Shown piece by piece: positions 47,391 to 56,951 of a stretch of 64,000 nt of DNA. How positions within the stretch are numbered: the stretch's first letter is position 1; each line of letters begins with the position of its first letter. The translations under genes and the position numbers were made by a program. Source of the stretch: Candidatus Segetimicrobium genomatis (GTDB lineage: Bacteria; Sysuimicrobiota; Sysuimicrobiia; Sysuimicrobiales; Kaftiobacteriaceae); contig VBAI01000011.1 of the NCBI GenBank assembly GCA_005882295.1, positions 1,592 to 65,591 of the forward strand, written 5' to 3'. Under the pieces are notes generated by a model that searched no databases, had not been told where the DNA came from, and was given only the letters and a program-made list of their open reading frames with translations.

Positions 47391-48175
47391 CGGAGTTGCC
47401 GCAGCACCAGATTGAGTCCACTGACCAGCACTAGGCCGAGGACCACGCGGCGGAAGAGCTCCGGGCGCATGCGATCCTGAATCCAAAAACCCACCCGCGT
47501 CCCCGCCACCACCGGCACAAACGTCGCCACGGCGTAGACCAGGATCGTGCGGTTGTACAGCCCCAGCTGATAATAGCTGAGCACCTGGACCGCACCCCCC
47601 AGGAAGAATGACGCCGTCAACCAGAACACGAAGGGGCGCTTGTCCACTTTCAGGGACTGCACGAACGCCACGATCAGCGGGGCGAAGATGCCGGTGATGC
47701 CGCCCATCACGCCGGCGGCCAGCCCCACCACAGGCCCCGCGACCTGCTCCACGCCCGTCGAGAACTCGGGCGTGCGGTTCAGCAACCCGGACCCGGCGAC
47801 GAACAGTGCCGTCATCCCGACGATCAGGGACACGAGACCCGGATCCAGCCGGTGCAGCAACTGCGCGCCGATGACCGTCCCCGCGACGACGCCCATCAGC
47901 ATGCCCGCAAAACGGCGGAACTCTGCGGCGGTGCCGCCGCCGCGGAACAGGATCAGGAAGTTGCTGAACACCACCGAGACGGCGATCAGCACGACCGCCG
48001 TCCGGGCCCCGATGAGGTTGGCCGACAGGGGCACGGCGATGAGAGGAAATCCAAAGCCCAGGGCGCCCTTCACCGCGGAGGCGAACGCCACCACAAGCAG
48101 GACGAGCGCGAAGGCCGTGTTCGGCGCGAGAGCAGACTCCACTACACCTCTATCTCCTGATAGGGCGTCAGGCAC
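47387..48175 (-). CDS. TauE/SafE (DUF81) sulfite-exporter-family membrane protein
   Basis: Two-repeat 4+4 TM architecture with a GxGGG-like motif (VKGALGFGFP). Confidence 0.8.
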   Translation of the reverse strand: MPDALSGDRGVVESALAPNTAFALVLLVVAFASAVKGALGFGFPLIAVPLSANLIGARTAVVLIAVSVVFSNFLILFRGGGTAAEFRRFAGMLMGVVAGTVIGAQLLHRLDPGLVSLIVGMTALFVAGSGLLNRTPEFSTGVEQVAGPVVGLAAGVMGGITGIFAPLIVAFVQSLKVDKRPFVFWLTASFFLGGAVQVLSYYQLGLYNRTILVYAVATFVPVVAGTRVGFWIQDRMRPELFRRVVLGLVLVSGLNLVLRQLR

Positions 48176-49257
48176 GGCGTGCCGCCGGCGACGTACATCC
48201 GCCGCGCGGTGAGATCCTGGAGAACAGAGACAACGGTCTCGACCCGCTCTTCCTCAGGCAGCGCCGGATTCGGATGCCGGCAGACCGAGTCGGGATGACC
48301 GGCATGGTCGCGCAGGATGGATCGCAGCCCCTGCGCGTGGAGCATGCGGGCGCGCCGCCCCTCCTTCAGCAGGTGCTGCATGCGCGCCGCCCGCTGGTAC
48401 GTGGAGGTCTTCTCTTCGGCCAGGGGCTGCCGCACCTGCAACGCGGCGGGATCAACAAAGTGATTGGTGTGCGCCAGCAGGCCCGCAGACGGCACCAGCG
48501 TGCATGCGGCGTGGGGCGCGGTTTCCAGGTCGACGACCTCTGCCCGCCCATTGGCCTGCCCCAGCAGAAAGTTGGCCGAGCAGGAGCGCTCCTCGCCTGT
48601 GATGATGCGCACGGCATCGGAGAGGGTTTGAGCGTGAAGGAGCTTCCAGGTGCGGACGTGAAACGGCGTGCGCAGCCGCCTCCAGTCATCACGGTGGCTC
48701 AGCAGGCCGTTGATCACCAGCCCCAACCCGGCGGAGTTCATCCCGATCTTGCCGCCCACAATCCCGGCCTCGGTGAAAGCGGCCACGGTGAAACCGCCGG
48801 GGTGCTGCGCCCGGAGCACGAGCCCGCGGACCTGGGGAAACCAGTCCCAGTTCTGTCCGAGCCAGAGGTGCCCGTCGGCAGACGCCTCTGGGGTAACGGC
48901 GAACGCCGTGCAGCCTCCGGCGGGGACGTGGGCGGCATTCTCCTGGTTGATCGCAGAGTACTGGCTGTAAATCAGTTCGTACCGGGCATTGAGCACGGCG
49001 AGATCATCCAGGGACAGCCTGCTGCCCTCGACCGCACCGCGCATCGCGTCGGCGTAAGCCGGGTCGGCCGCCTCGATCACCGGCAGGTAGCGACGGGCGC
49101 GCCCGCGGACCTCGTTGGGAGACAACCGCGCCTCGCGCTGGAACCGGTCGAAGTAGACACCGAGGTTGTGGGCGATCAGATCCGCGGCCTCCCGTCCGTG
49201 ATGGTACCCAGCCTCAAACGGGGCCGCTGGTAGGTCGAGTATCCGTAGCTCAGGCAT
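48142..49257 (-). CDS. Peptidase C45 / acyl-CoA:6-aminopenicillanic-acid acyltransferase family protein
   Basis: PAGGCTAF catalytic-Cys region and the GQNWDW motif. Start MPELRILDL at 49257. Confidence 0.7.
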   Translation of the reverse strand: MPELRILDLPAAPFEAGYHHGREAADLIAHNLGVYFDRFQREARLSPNEVRGRARRYLPVIEAADPAYADAMRGAVEGSRLSLDDLAVLNARYELIYSQYSAINQENAAHVPAGGCTAFAVTPEASADGHLWLGQNWDWFPQVRGLVLRAQHPGGFTVAAFTEAGIVGGKIGMNSAGLGLVINGLLSHRDDWRRLRTPFHVRTWKLLHAQTLSDAVRIITGEERSCSANFLLGQANGRAEVVDLETAPHAACTLVPSAGLLAHTNHFVDPAALQVRQPLAEEKTSTYQRAARMQHLLKEGRRARMLHAQGLRSILRDHAGHPDSVCRHPNPALPEEERVETVVSVLQDLTARRMYVAGGTPCLTPYQEIEV

Positions 49258-50293
49258 CGCTCTCCTTGTTCGCCGGAATGGCCGAAGTTTCTTTCTGAAA
49301 CTCAAGCCACGCCGGCTGGCGCACAAAACCCAGCTTGGCATTGATGGCGAGCATCGGGCCGTTGCGATCGCTGTTCCTGGTCTGGATCTCCCGGTACCCG
49401 CCCCGCTGCGCGTACTCGATCGTCCGCAGTTTCAACGCCGTGGCAATGCCCAGCCCGCGGAACCCCGAGACGACGCCTGTCAGCTCCTGATGCAGCCACC
49501 CCGGGTCGGACGCCGCGCGCTTGAGCATGCTCTCCCCCACGTACATTTCTCCGATTTTTGCCAGAAAGTACGCGTCCGGCAGCGCCAGCGGGCTGCGCAC
49601 ACTGATCGCCAGGAATGTCTCGTACGTCAGGGGGGTGGGCGGTTCAGGATCGTCCCGCGGCGCATCGACGTCGAGCGTGCAGTGCAGTTGATAGAGGACC
49701 GGCAGGCAATCCGGATTGCGGCGCAATTCTTCCTCAAGCGTGGTTAGCACGATCCCGGCCTGCGCCACGCGCGTTGCGTACCCGGCGAACCGGGCCAGGT
49801 CGCAGCGCGCCACCTGCAGGCGGGATTCAAATGACCGGGCCCGCTCCACGAACCCGTAGCGTCGCAGAAACGCGATGGAACGAACCCAGTCCTCACGCGC
49901 GTTCGCCTTGATGCGCTGGGCTCCACGCCCGAGCAGCAGGTCCAAGACCCGGTCCATCAAGCGGCGGCCGATACCCCGCCGCTGCCAGTCCGGGTGGACC
50001 GCCAGCCGAATCGCATACTTGGCGGGGTGGAAGGACCACGCGATCTGATGATACCAGGCGTAGCCCACCACCCCGTTGTCCGGATGTTCGGCGATCAGCC
50101 AGCCGTGGTCGAAGCGCTCAGGTTCGAACTCGCGCACCTGGTCGCGCATCTCCGCCTCGCCGAACGGTCTCCCAGATGTCAGGCTGACGATCCGCGCGAT
50201 GGCCGCAAAGTCGCGGTCCTCCAGCGGCCGCAGGATGACGCCGGCGGCTGTCTGCACCGCTATCCCTCCAGGTTCTTGAGAAACGTGATCCAC
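49250..50293 (-). CDS. Tandem-GNAT N-acetyltransferase, paralog 1
   Basis: Two GNAT cores with (Q/R)xxGxG/A loops: RRGIGRRLM and FRGLGIATAL. Confidence 0.75.
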   Translation of the reverse strand: MDHVSQEPGGIAVQTAAGVILRPLEDRDFAAIARIVSLTSGRPFGEAEMRDQVREFEPERFDHGWLIAEHPDNGVVGYAWYHQIAWSFHPAKYAIRLAVHPDWQRRGIGRRLMDRVLDLLLGRGAQRIKANAREDWVRSIAFLRRYGFVERARSFESRLQVARCDLARFAGYATRVAQAGIVLTTLEEELRRNPDCLPVLYQLHCTLDVDAPRDDPEPPTPLTYETFLAISVRSPLALPDAYFLAKIGEMYVGESMLKRAASDPGWLHQELTGVVSGFRGLGIATALKLRTIEYAQRGGYREIQTRNSDRNGPMLAINAKLGFVRQPAWLEFQKETSAIPANKESDA

Positions 50294-51249
50294 ACCGGCT
50301 GCCGCTGGAAGCCGAAGCGGTCGTTGATCGCGATCATCGTCGCGTTGTGGATCTCATTTTCCGTCTTGATCTGCCGGCACTGGTGCGCTCTGGCGTACTC
50401 GACGGTTCTCACCTTCAGCGCCGTGGCAATGCCCCGGCCTCGGAAGGCGCGCCTGACGCCGGTGAGCCCTTGCTGCAACCAGTCTCCGGTCCCCGGCTTC
50501 CACAGTGTCGAGACCCCGGCGTACTGGCCGCCGACGACGGCGAGGAAGTACGCATCAGGGATGAACCAGGGTGCGTCCACCGTGTGGTGGCGCCAGGTCG
50601 TAAACTCTACCGGGGTGAACGGCTCGGGGTTGGGGACGTCGGCGCCCAGCTCCATGTCCAGGGCGTACACCTCGCGCAGGCAGCTCGGGTCTCTGGCCAT
50701 CTCGCTGCCCAGCGTTGTGATCGCGACGCCGGCGGCGTCCGCGCGCGCCAGATCTGGCTGGAACCGTGAGAGATCGCACGATGCGACGTCGAGCAGCGAG
50801 TCCCACGTCCGCATGACCTCGCTGAACCCCCGCGCCTGGACAAATCGTACGGCGTGGGCGAGGTCCTCCTTCACCAGCGTCCGCACCGCCAGCGCCTCTC
50901 GCGCCCGCAGCGATTGCTGCAGGCGGTCCCAGAGGCGCGAGCCGATCCCACGCCCCCACAGGTCCGGGAACACGCGGATGGTCATCCCGAACTTCCGGGG
51001 ATGGAAGTTCCAGGGGAGATGGCGCACTTCGCCGTACCCGGCGAGAACCCCGCTTCGCGGATCGACGGCGACATGCCGCTCCAACATGTACTTCCCCCGG
51101 TCGAGGTGGTCATCTTCATACCGCAGCTCATCCACCGTCCATGGTCGGTCTGGAACGACGGCGTTCGAGACGGCGACGACGGCGTCGTAATCTCGTTCCT
51201 CAAACTGCCGGATCTCGATGTCTGTACCGATTTGTTCCAACAGATTCAT
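50260..51249 (-). CDS. Tandem-GNAT N-acetyltransferase, paralog 2
   Basis: Same architecture and ~45% identity to paralog 1 (GRGIGSRLW and FRGRGIATAL). Confidence 0.75.
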   Translation of the reverse strand: MNLLEQIGTDIEIRQFEERDYDAVVAVSNAVVPDRPWTVDELRYEDDHLDRGKYMLERHVAVDPRSGVLAGYGEVRHLPWNFHPRKFGMTIRVFPDLWGRGIGSRLWDRLQQSLRAREALAVRTLVKEDLAHAVRFVQARGFSEVMRTWDSLLDVASCDLSRFQPDLARADAAGVAITTLGSEMARDPSCLREVYALDMELGADVPNPEPFTPVEFTTWRHHTVDAPWFIPDAYFLAVVGGQYAGVSTLWKPGTGDWLQQGLTGVRRAFRGRGIATALKVRTVEYARAHQCRQIKTENEIHNATMIAINDRFGFQRQPVWITFLKNLEG

Positions 51250-51494
51250 GGCACGCTCCCATTTGGAAAACGAAAAAGCGCAGAGTCTTGTGAACCCCTG
51301 CGCCCCATGTGCCGCGTACCCGCGAATCCTAGCGCGTGCGACCTCGTCTCATCGTCTGGCACCCATGGGAGCAGGGCCGGTCCGTCCGTGGACCGCCGTC
51401 AACTACCCTGATGCTCGTCTCTGCCATGACCATTGGGCACCACCTACTTTTGAAGACGCATTAGACGCTAGCACAACTCAAATGCGCGGTCAAT

Positions 51495-51572
51495 CAGGAA
51501 ACGGGAAACAGGAAACGGGAAGCGACTAACCTGAAGCGTTTACCGTTTCCCGTTACCCGTTTCCCGTTACCG
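51495..51572. repeat. Hairpin element family G (GGAAACGGGAAACAGGAAACGGGAA ... TTCCCGTTACCCGTTTCCCGTTACC)
   Basis: Tandem GGAAACG units with an inverted arm. Confidence 0.8.
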
Positions 51573-51581
51573 ATAGTTCGT

Positions 51582-52331
51582 TTACGTTAGCAGCCCCAGC
51601 TCCGTAAGTCGAATCCGCATCGCCTGCTGGGACACCCTGAATTCCCGCGCCAGATCGGCGATGACGGTGCGCGCGGCCTGAGCCCTCTCTTCGCTACCCA
51701 GCGCACGCAGGATGATTGGGTGCTGACGCTGGAAGGCCAGACGCACCTTCGCCGCCGGCATCAACAATTCGGCCGCGAAGGCCTTGGCCTCTCGCTCGCG
51801 CACCTGTCGCGCGGGTTCCAGTAGCACTGGCGTCCGGCCGGGCTCCTCGCTGGCCACGAGCGTCCCGTGTCCCAGCACCGCGTGCGCCAGTTCCTCCGCC
51901 ACGGCCCACCGCCGTTCGACATCGGCGTGGAATGGGTAGTTACGATTCAGGACCAGGACGGGATGGCCGGCGTCGCCGGCAACGGCGCCCCGCGTCGTGC
52001 GAGGCAGGCTGCGCCAGCTCACGGGATACCCCAGGCGTCCGGCCAGCCCTTCCACATCGACGGGGATATCAGATCCAAATGTCTCCAGGATCTCTCTGGC
52101 CTGCGTCGCGGCCTGCCCCCGCTGCGCCGGGGTAATGCGCCGTTCGGCCGTCACCTGCGGAGCAATCGTCAGAACGGCCGCGTGCTCTTCCGCCGTGAAG
52201 GGGCGCCCGCCACTCTCCAGTTGGAACAACCCGCATTCCGGACATGACCAGGCCACCGGCGGTTCGCACTCGCTGGCGAACTTGGCTACCATCTCGCTCT
52301 CGCAGACCGGACATGCACGCACCCTGGCCAC
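51582..52331 (-). CDS. ImmA/IrrE-family zinc metallopeptidase with N-terminal zinc ribbon
   Basis: HEXXH motif EELAHAVLGH. N-terminal CPVCES...CPECG. No adjacent XRE-type HTH gene. Confidence 0.6.
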   Translation of the reverse strand: MARVRACPVCESEMVAKFASECEPPVAWSCPECGLFQLESGGRPFTAEEHAAVLTIAPQVTAERRITPAQRGQAATQAREILETFGSDIPVDVEGLAGRLGYPVSWRSLPRTTRGAVAGDAGHPVLVLNRNYPFHADVERRWAVAEELAHAVLGHGTLVASEEPGRTPVLLEPARQVREREAKAFAAELLMPAAKVRLAFQRQHPIILRALGSEERAQAARTVIADLAREFRVSQQAMRIRLTELGLLT

Positions 52332-52336
52332 GCTCC

Positions 52337-52468
52337 AATTGCGGGACTGGGGACTTGGGACTGGTAACTGCCAACATACGACTCTGTTTTCCAGATTCCT
52401 GTTGACCGGGTCACAGCACTAACGTCGTTTGAATCTAGTGCCTAGTCCCCAGGCCCTAGTCCCGCAGT
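52337..52468. repeat. Hairpin element family A with a ~75-nt spacer
   Basis: aattgcgggactggggacttgggactgg ... cctagtccccaggccctagtcccgcagtt. Confidence 0.85.
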
Positions 52469-52474
52469 TTCGTG

Positions 52475-54724
52475 TTAGACGACGGGGGATCTGAGCAAGC
52501 GCAGCCGCGCATCCCTTGCGGCCGTCCGTACATCCGGGAAGGGCAACCCTTCGATCTGCATCAACACTTCGGCGGCCTGGAGGATGATACGCTGCAGATC
52601 CCCCTCCTCGGCATGACTCTCCGCCACCAGCGCGGACCAGTCTGCCGCGCGCATCCACGCCATCACCACATCCGCGCGGCGCTCGGCCGGTGGGGGAAGG
52701 CGCCGGCGCGACTGCGGATCCCATTCCGGCTCGCACTGCTGCACGAGGCCATCGGGTGGCAGCGCGTGCTGCCGCTCGAGGACGTCGAGCTCGCGAGCCA
52801 GCTTGATCAACGCACCCAGCCCCGCCTCTCCACCGCGATACGGGGCACGCTCCGTCGCCAGCGCCCCGGCCACCGCGGCCCACGCCGCGGTGGACCCGCC
52901 GATCAAGCTGCGCCGGACGATCTCGGCCAGCACGAGCATCCTGGGATGACGGAGCTCTGACGCCCATAAGCCCTCAGGCGTGAGGCGGGAGTTCTCGTCC
53001 AGATAGCCCAGACGCCGCAGCACCGCGGCGCGCCGCGTGAACTCATCGGCCAGCGCGCCTTCAAGACTGTGCAAGGCCTGACGCAACGAGGAGCGCCGCA
53101 GCTCCCGCGCCCGCAGCGCTTCAAGGGTGGCCAGGCAGCGTTGCTCCACCGGACACGTCGCGCAGGGCCAGGCCGTGAGCTCAGCCGACAGCGCGGCGAT
53201 ATCCGCCTGCGTCCCGCGCTGCTTCTGCAGTTTGCGCAACCGCTCGGCCATCCGCTCGTACCGGCCGCGGGTGATCAGCCGGTCATCGCAGGGCCGCTCG
53301 GCCAGGTCATCGGGCGGGATCGACCCGATGGCATTCTTGAGGCGCTGGACTTCTCCACGCTTCTCGTAAGCCGCGAGCGACCGGTTCAGTTCCCGCAACG
53401 CCTCCCCCAGCGAGACTCGGCGTAAGAGGTTGAGGACCTGGACGTACCCGGGAGAAAACGATGAGGTCACGGGGTCGGGCTCGGCGTCAATCAAGGCCAG
53501 GCCCTCGCGCGCTTCATCGCGTGACGCTGCCGGCAACACCACGACGCCAATGGTGTCCTTCCCGCGGCGGCCCGCCCGGCCGCTCATCTGATGGAACTCG
53601 GTGGCGCTCAGCACCACGGGGCCTTCAGGACTGTTGCGGACCAACGTCGAGAGCGCGACCGTGCGGGCGGGGACGTCCAGGCCGGCGGCCAGTGTCGTCG
53701 TGGCGCACACAACGCGGATGAGCCCACGCGCCAGCAAATCCTCCACGGCGAGCCGCCAGGCTGTGGTGTGGCCGGCGTGATGGGGAGCGATGCCGGAGTC
53801 AATGATCGCGTTGCGGAACGCGTGCCCGCGCAGGAACGGGAACTCACGCTCCCAGCGGCCAAACGCGGCCGCGCGCAGCTCCGGGCCAAACGCCCGCAGC
53901 GCCGCCAGTTCCCGCGCCGCCTCGTCGCACTGCCGGCGTGACGGATAGAAGAGGATCGCGGGCAACAGGCTGTAGTGCTCCAGCTCGCGGATGAGGCCCG
54001 CCAGCCAGCCGGACGGGCGCCCATCGGACGGCAGGTGGCCCAGGGCATCCGGCGGAATTAGCCGCCCGCGTCCATCGGCCAGCACGTACCGCAGTGGCAC
54101 CGGCCGTACCGCCTCGACGATCACCTCGGGCCGCTTCCCGCGGACTTCGGCCAGCCAGCTGGCGATCACCTCGGCGTTTGGAAAGGTCGCAGAGAGGAGC
54201 AGGAGCCGGCTGCGGCGGGGCGCCAGAAGCAGAATCTCTTCCCAGGCCGTGCCGCGCTCGCGGTCGGACAGGTAGTGGGCTTCGTCCAGCACAATCAACT
54301 GGGGAGTCAGCCGGTCACCGTACAGGGCGTTGCGGAGGATTTCCGTCGTCGCGACGATCACGGGCGCCTGGGCGTTGATGCGGCGCTCACCGGTCAGCAG
54401 TCCGACCGACTCCGCCCCGTACAACCCTGAAAATCGGTGGAACTTCTGGTTGGAAAGCGCTTTCAGGGGGGTGGTGTACCAGGCTACACCGCCGGCGGTG
54501 AGGATCTCGCTGATCGCCTGCTCGGCAATCCAGGTCTTCCCGCTGCCGGTCGGCGCGGCCACCAACACGTCCCCGGCGCGCACGGCCGCCAGCGCCGCTT
54601 CCTGGAATGGCGCAGGGACAAACGGGGCCGGCGGAGGCGTACCGACATCCTGGATAATCGCGCGGAGCTTACCAGACGTGGGACGTCGGACAGGCTGCCG
54701 CGCGGCGGGTCTGGATGTTGCCAT
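52475..54724 (-). CDS. DEAD/DEAH-box superfamily-2 helicase, Ski2/HelY-like
   Basis: Walker A AAPTGSGKT, DEAH-like VLDEAHY, motif III LSAT, motif VI QMSGRAGRRG, plus a C-terminal ~300-aa helical domain. Start MATSRPAA at 54724 is inferred. Confidence 0.8.
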   Translation of the reverse strand: MATSRPAARQPVRRPTSGKLRAIIQDVGTPPPAPFVPAPFQEAALAAVRAGDVLVAAPTGSGKTWIAEQAISEILTAGGVAWYTTPLKALSNQKFHRFSGLYGAESVGLLTGERRINAQAPVIVATTEILRNALYGDRLTPQLIVLDEAHYLSDRERGTAWEEILLLAPRRSRLLLLSATFPNAEVIASWLAEVRGKRPEVIVEAVRPVPLRYVLADGRGRLIPPDALGHLPSDGRPSGWLAGLIRELEHYSLLPAILFYPSRRQCDEAARELAALRAFGPELRAAAFGRWEREFPFLRGHAFRNAIIDSGIAPHHAGHTTAWRLAVEDLLARGLIRVVCATTTLAAGLDVPARTVALSTLVRNSPEGPVVLSATEFHQMSGRAGRRGKDTIGVVVLPAASRDEAREGLALIDAEPDPVTSSFSPGYVQVLNLLRRVSLGEALRELNRSLAAYEKRGEVQRLKNAIGSIPPDDLAERPCDDRLITRGRYERMAERLRKLQKQRGTQADIAALSAELTAWPCATCPVEQRCLATLEALRARELRRSSLRQALHSLEGALADEFTRRAAVLRRLGYLDENSRLTPEGLWASELRHPRMLVLAEIVRRSLIGGSTAAWAAVAGALATERAPYRGGEAGLGALIKLARELDVLERQHALPPDGLVQQCEPEWDPQSRRRLPPPAERRADVVMAWMRAADWSALVAESHAEEGDLQRIILQAAEVLMQIEGLPFPDVRTAARDARLRLLRSPVV

Positions 54725-54826
54725 GTGCAGTCTATGATACCCTACGCCCTCAGCGGATTCCACCACAGCACGGGACCAATTTAAGAAGTTTATTTTCACT
54801 GATCTAGATGACTTCGGCAGGGACGC

Positions 54827-54882
54827 AGTCGCGCTGTCGCGTAGTCGCGTTATCGCGTCGTCGCGTTATCGCGTTGTCGCGG
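54827..54882. repeat. Seven direct tandem 8-mers (GTCGCGCT GTCGCGTA GTCGCGTT ATCGCGTC GTCGCGTT ATCGCGTT GTCGCGGG) with no inverted partner
   Basis: In the divergent gap between the helicase and the sarcosine-oxidase-like gene. Confidence 0.8.
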
Positions 54883-54889
54883 GTAACTG

Positions 54890-56020
54890 ATGCCGACCGC
54901 GGACGTCATTGTGCTGGGCCTGGGCGCCATGGGGAGTGCTGCCGCCTACCATCTGGCGCGGCGGGGCGTGCGCGTGGCGGGCATCGAGCAGTACACGCCA
55001 GCGCACGACCGGGGTTCGTCGCACGGCCGGTCCCGCATCATCCGGGAAGCCTACTTTGAACACCCCGACTACGTCCCGTTGATTCAGCGGGCCTACGAAT
55101 TGTGGCGGGGGCTGGAGCAGGAGACCAGAGAACGCCTCCTCATCATGACCGGTGGCCTGATGATTGGGCCGCACGAGGGCGTGCTGGTCCAGGGGGCGCT
55201 CGCCAGCGCGCGCACCCACCGTCTTCCGCACGAACTCATCAGCGCGGAGGAAGTGCAACGGCGATTCCCGCCGTTCCGGTTGCCGCCATCGACGGTGGCC
55301 GTGCAGGAACCCAACGCGGGGGTGCTGTTCCCCGAAGCCTGCGTCCGGGCCCACCTGGATGGCGCCGCAGCGGCGGGCGCGGCGTTGCATTTTGAGGAAG
55401 CTGTCCGGCGGTGGAGCGCGTCTGTGGATCGGGTGGAAGTAACCACGTCACGGGCGACATACACGGCGGGGCGCCTGGTCGTTACCGCCGGTCCCTGGGC
55501 CCCAGCGGTGCTGCGCGAGCTCGGTTTGCCCCTACAGGTTGAGCGCAACGTGATGTACTGGTTTGCGCCGCTGCGCAACGGGCAGGCGTTTGCTCCGGAC
55601 CGCTTTCCCATCTACATCTGTGAGTACCGGAAGGACGCCTTCTTCTACGGCTTCCCCGCCCTCCCGGACGGCAGTGTAAAAGTCGCCCACCACCACAGCG
55701 GCCAGTGGTGCACACCCGACACCATCCGGCGGGAGGTGGGCCCAGACGAGGTGGACCGCATGCGGGCCCTGCTGGCCGGCCACCTGCCGGATGCCGGCGG
55801 GGAGCTCCAGCAGACGGCGACGTGCATGTACACCAATACCCCTGACGGCCACTTCCTCATCGACCGGCACCCGCAGTGGGGCACCGTCACCATCGCCTGC
55901 GGCTTCTCAGGGCACGGCTTCAAGTTCGCGTCGGTAGTCGGTGAGGTGCTGGCGGACCTGGCCCTTGACGGCCGCACGCGCCACCGGATCGCCCTGTTCA
56001 GGCTGGCCCGGTTTTCCTAA
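54890..56020 (+). CDS. Monomeric sarcosine oxidase / N-methyltryptophan oxidase family FAD enzyme
   Basis: N-terminal VIVLGLGAMGSAAAY FAD fold. CGFSGHGFKF region (covalent-FAD cysteine context). 376 aa. Confidence 0.8.
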   Translation: MPTADVIVLGLGAMGSAAAYHLARRGVRVAGIEQYTPAHDRGSSHGRSRIIREAYFEHPDYVPLIQRAYELWRGLEQETRERLLIMTGGLMIGPHEGVLVQGALASARTHRLPHELISAEEVQRRFPPFRLPPSTVAVQEPNAGVLFPEACVRAHLDGAAAAGAALHFEEAVRRWSASVDRVEVTTSRATYTAGRLVVTAGPWAPAVLRELGLPLQVERNVMYWFAPLRNGQAFAPDRFPIYICEYRKDAFFYGFPALPDGSVKVAHHHSGQWCTPDTIRREVGPDEVDRMRALLAGHLPDAGGELQQTATCMYTNTPDGHFLIDRHPQWGTVTIACGFSGHGFKFASVVGEVLADLALDGRTRHRIALFRLARFS

Positions 56021-56063
56021 ACTCCCCCTGGAGCCACGGCGGCGCTCGTGGTAAGATAAGGAA

Positions 56064-56915
56064 GTGACTCCGACCCGCCGACCCCCGCGACGGGATCCCT
56101 ACCAACTCTTCCACATCCAGTCCGATTTTGCCGCGGGACTCGCGCCTCATCAGATCGCCGCAAAGCACGGCCTGCCGCTGCCGGCGGTGCTGCGCATTAT
56201 CCGGCGCCGCAAGGACGAACGGCTGCTCAACCCGTTCAACCTCCGGCAGGGGGCGATGCGGTCGCACGGTGGGACCCAGCTGTACTGGGTGGGCTACATC
56301 GCCGCGGCCGGCCGCCTGTTCTTACAGGGTTCGGTGCCGACGCTGGTGCTGACCGTCGACCGGCGCGACATCGAACACGTCACCACCCTGATCGATGATC
56401 TCTGCACGGGTCATCCCACCTGCGAATGGTGTGAGAGTAGCCGCGATGGACTGCAGGCGTACGTCCGCGACCGTGAGTTGGCGCAGATGCTGGCGGAGTG
56501 GGGCACACCGGGGGCCGATCCGCTGGAAGGCTCCGTCCCCGTCGCCTTGATTCCTCCCTCCCTGCTGCCGCACTTTGTGCGGGGGTATCTTGAGGGGGGA
56601 CGGGGCATGCCCCCGTTCGGGCGGGGACACATCCCGGTCTCCCATTCGGCGGTGCGGCACATCGCGCTGGAAGGACCCGCCGAGTTTCTCACTGGTCTGC
56701 AGTCTGCGCTTAGCAAGCATGCCGGAACGAGCGCAGGCGAGATCCGGGCACGGCGGAACGGCCTGGCCGTCCTCACTTACCGGGGCCGGGCCGCTGCGCG
56801 CATCGTCCAGTTCGCCTACCGCGGCGCAGAACGGTCCCTTCCGCGCACAGCGCCGCTGCGACACCCCGTAGAGTCTTCACGATCACGAAACGGCAACGGC
56901 TCCGGTACCCGCTGA
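56064..56915 (+). CDS. Hypothetical protein with N-terminal HTH-like segment and two degenerate LAGLIDADG-like motifs
   Basis: LAPHQIAAKHGLPLPAVLRIIRRRK (HTH-like). YWVGYIAAAGRLFL and FVRGYLEGGRGMPP are spaced ~95 aa apart, as in double-motif LAGLIDADG folds. Confidence 0.45.
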   Translation: MTPTRRPPRRDPYQLFHIQSDFAAGLAPHQIAAKHGLPLPAVLRIIRRRKDERLLNPFNLRQGAMRSHGGTQLYWVGYIAAAGRLFLQGSVPTLVLTVDRRDIEHVTTLIDDLCTGHPTCEWCESSRDGLQAYVRDRELAQMLAEWGTPGADPLEGSVPVALIPPSLLPHFVRGYLEGGRGMPPFGRGHIPVSHSAVRHIALEGPAEFLTGLQSALSKHAGTSAGEIRARRNGLAVLTYRGRAAARIVQFAYRGAERSLPRTAPLRHPVESSRSRNGNGSGTR

Positions 56916-56951
56916 GTCACCATCCGGGATCACGCATCGAGAGGAGTCACT

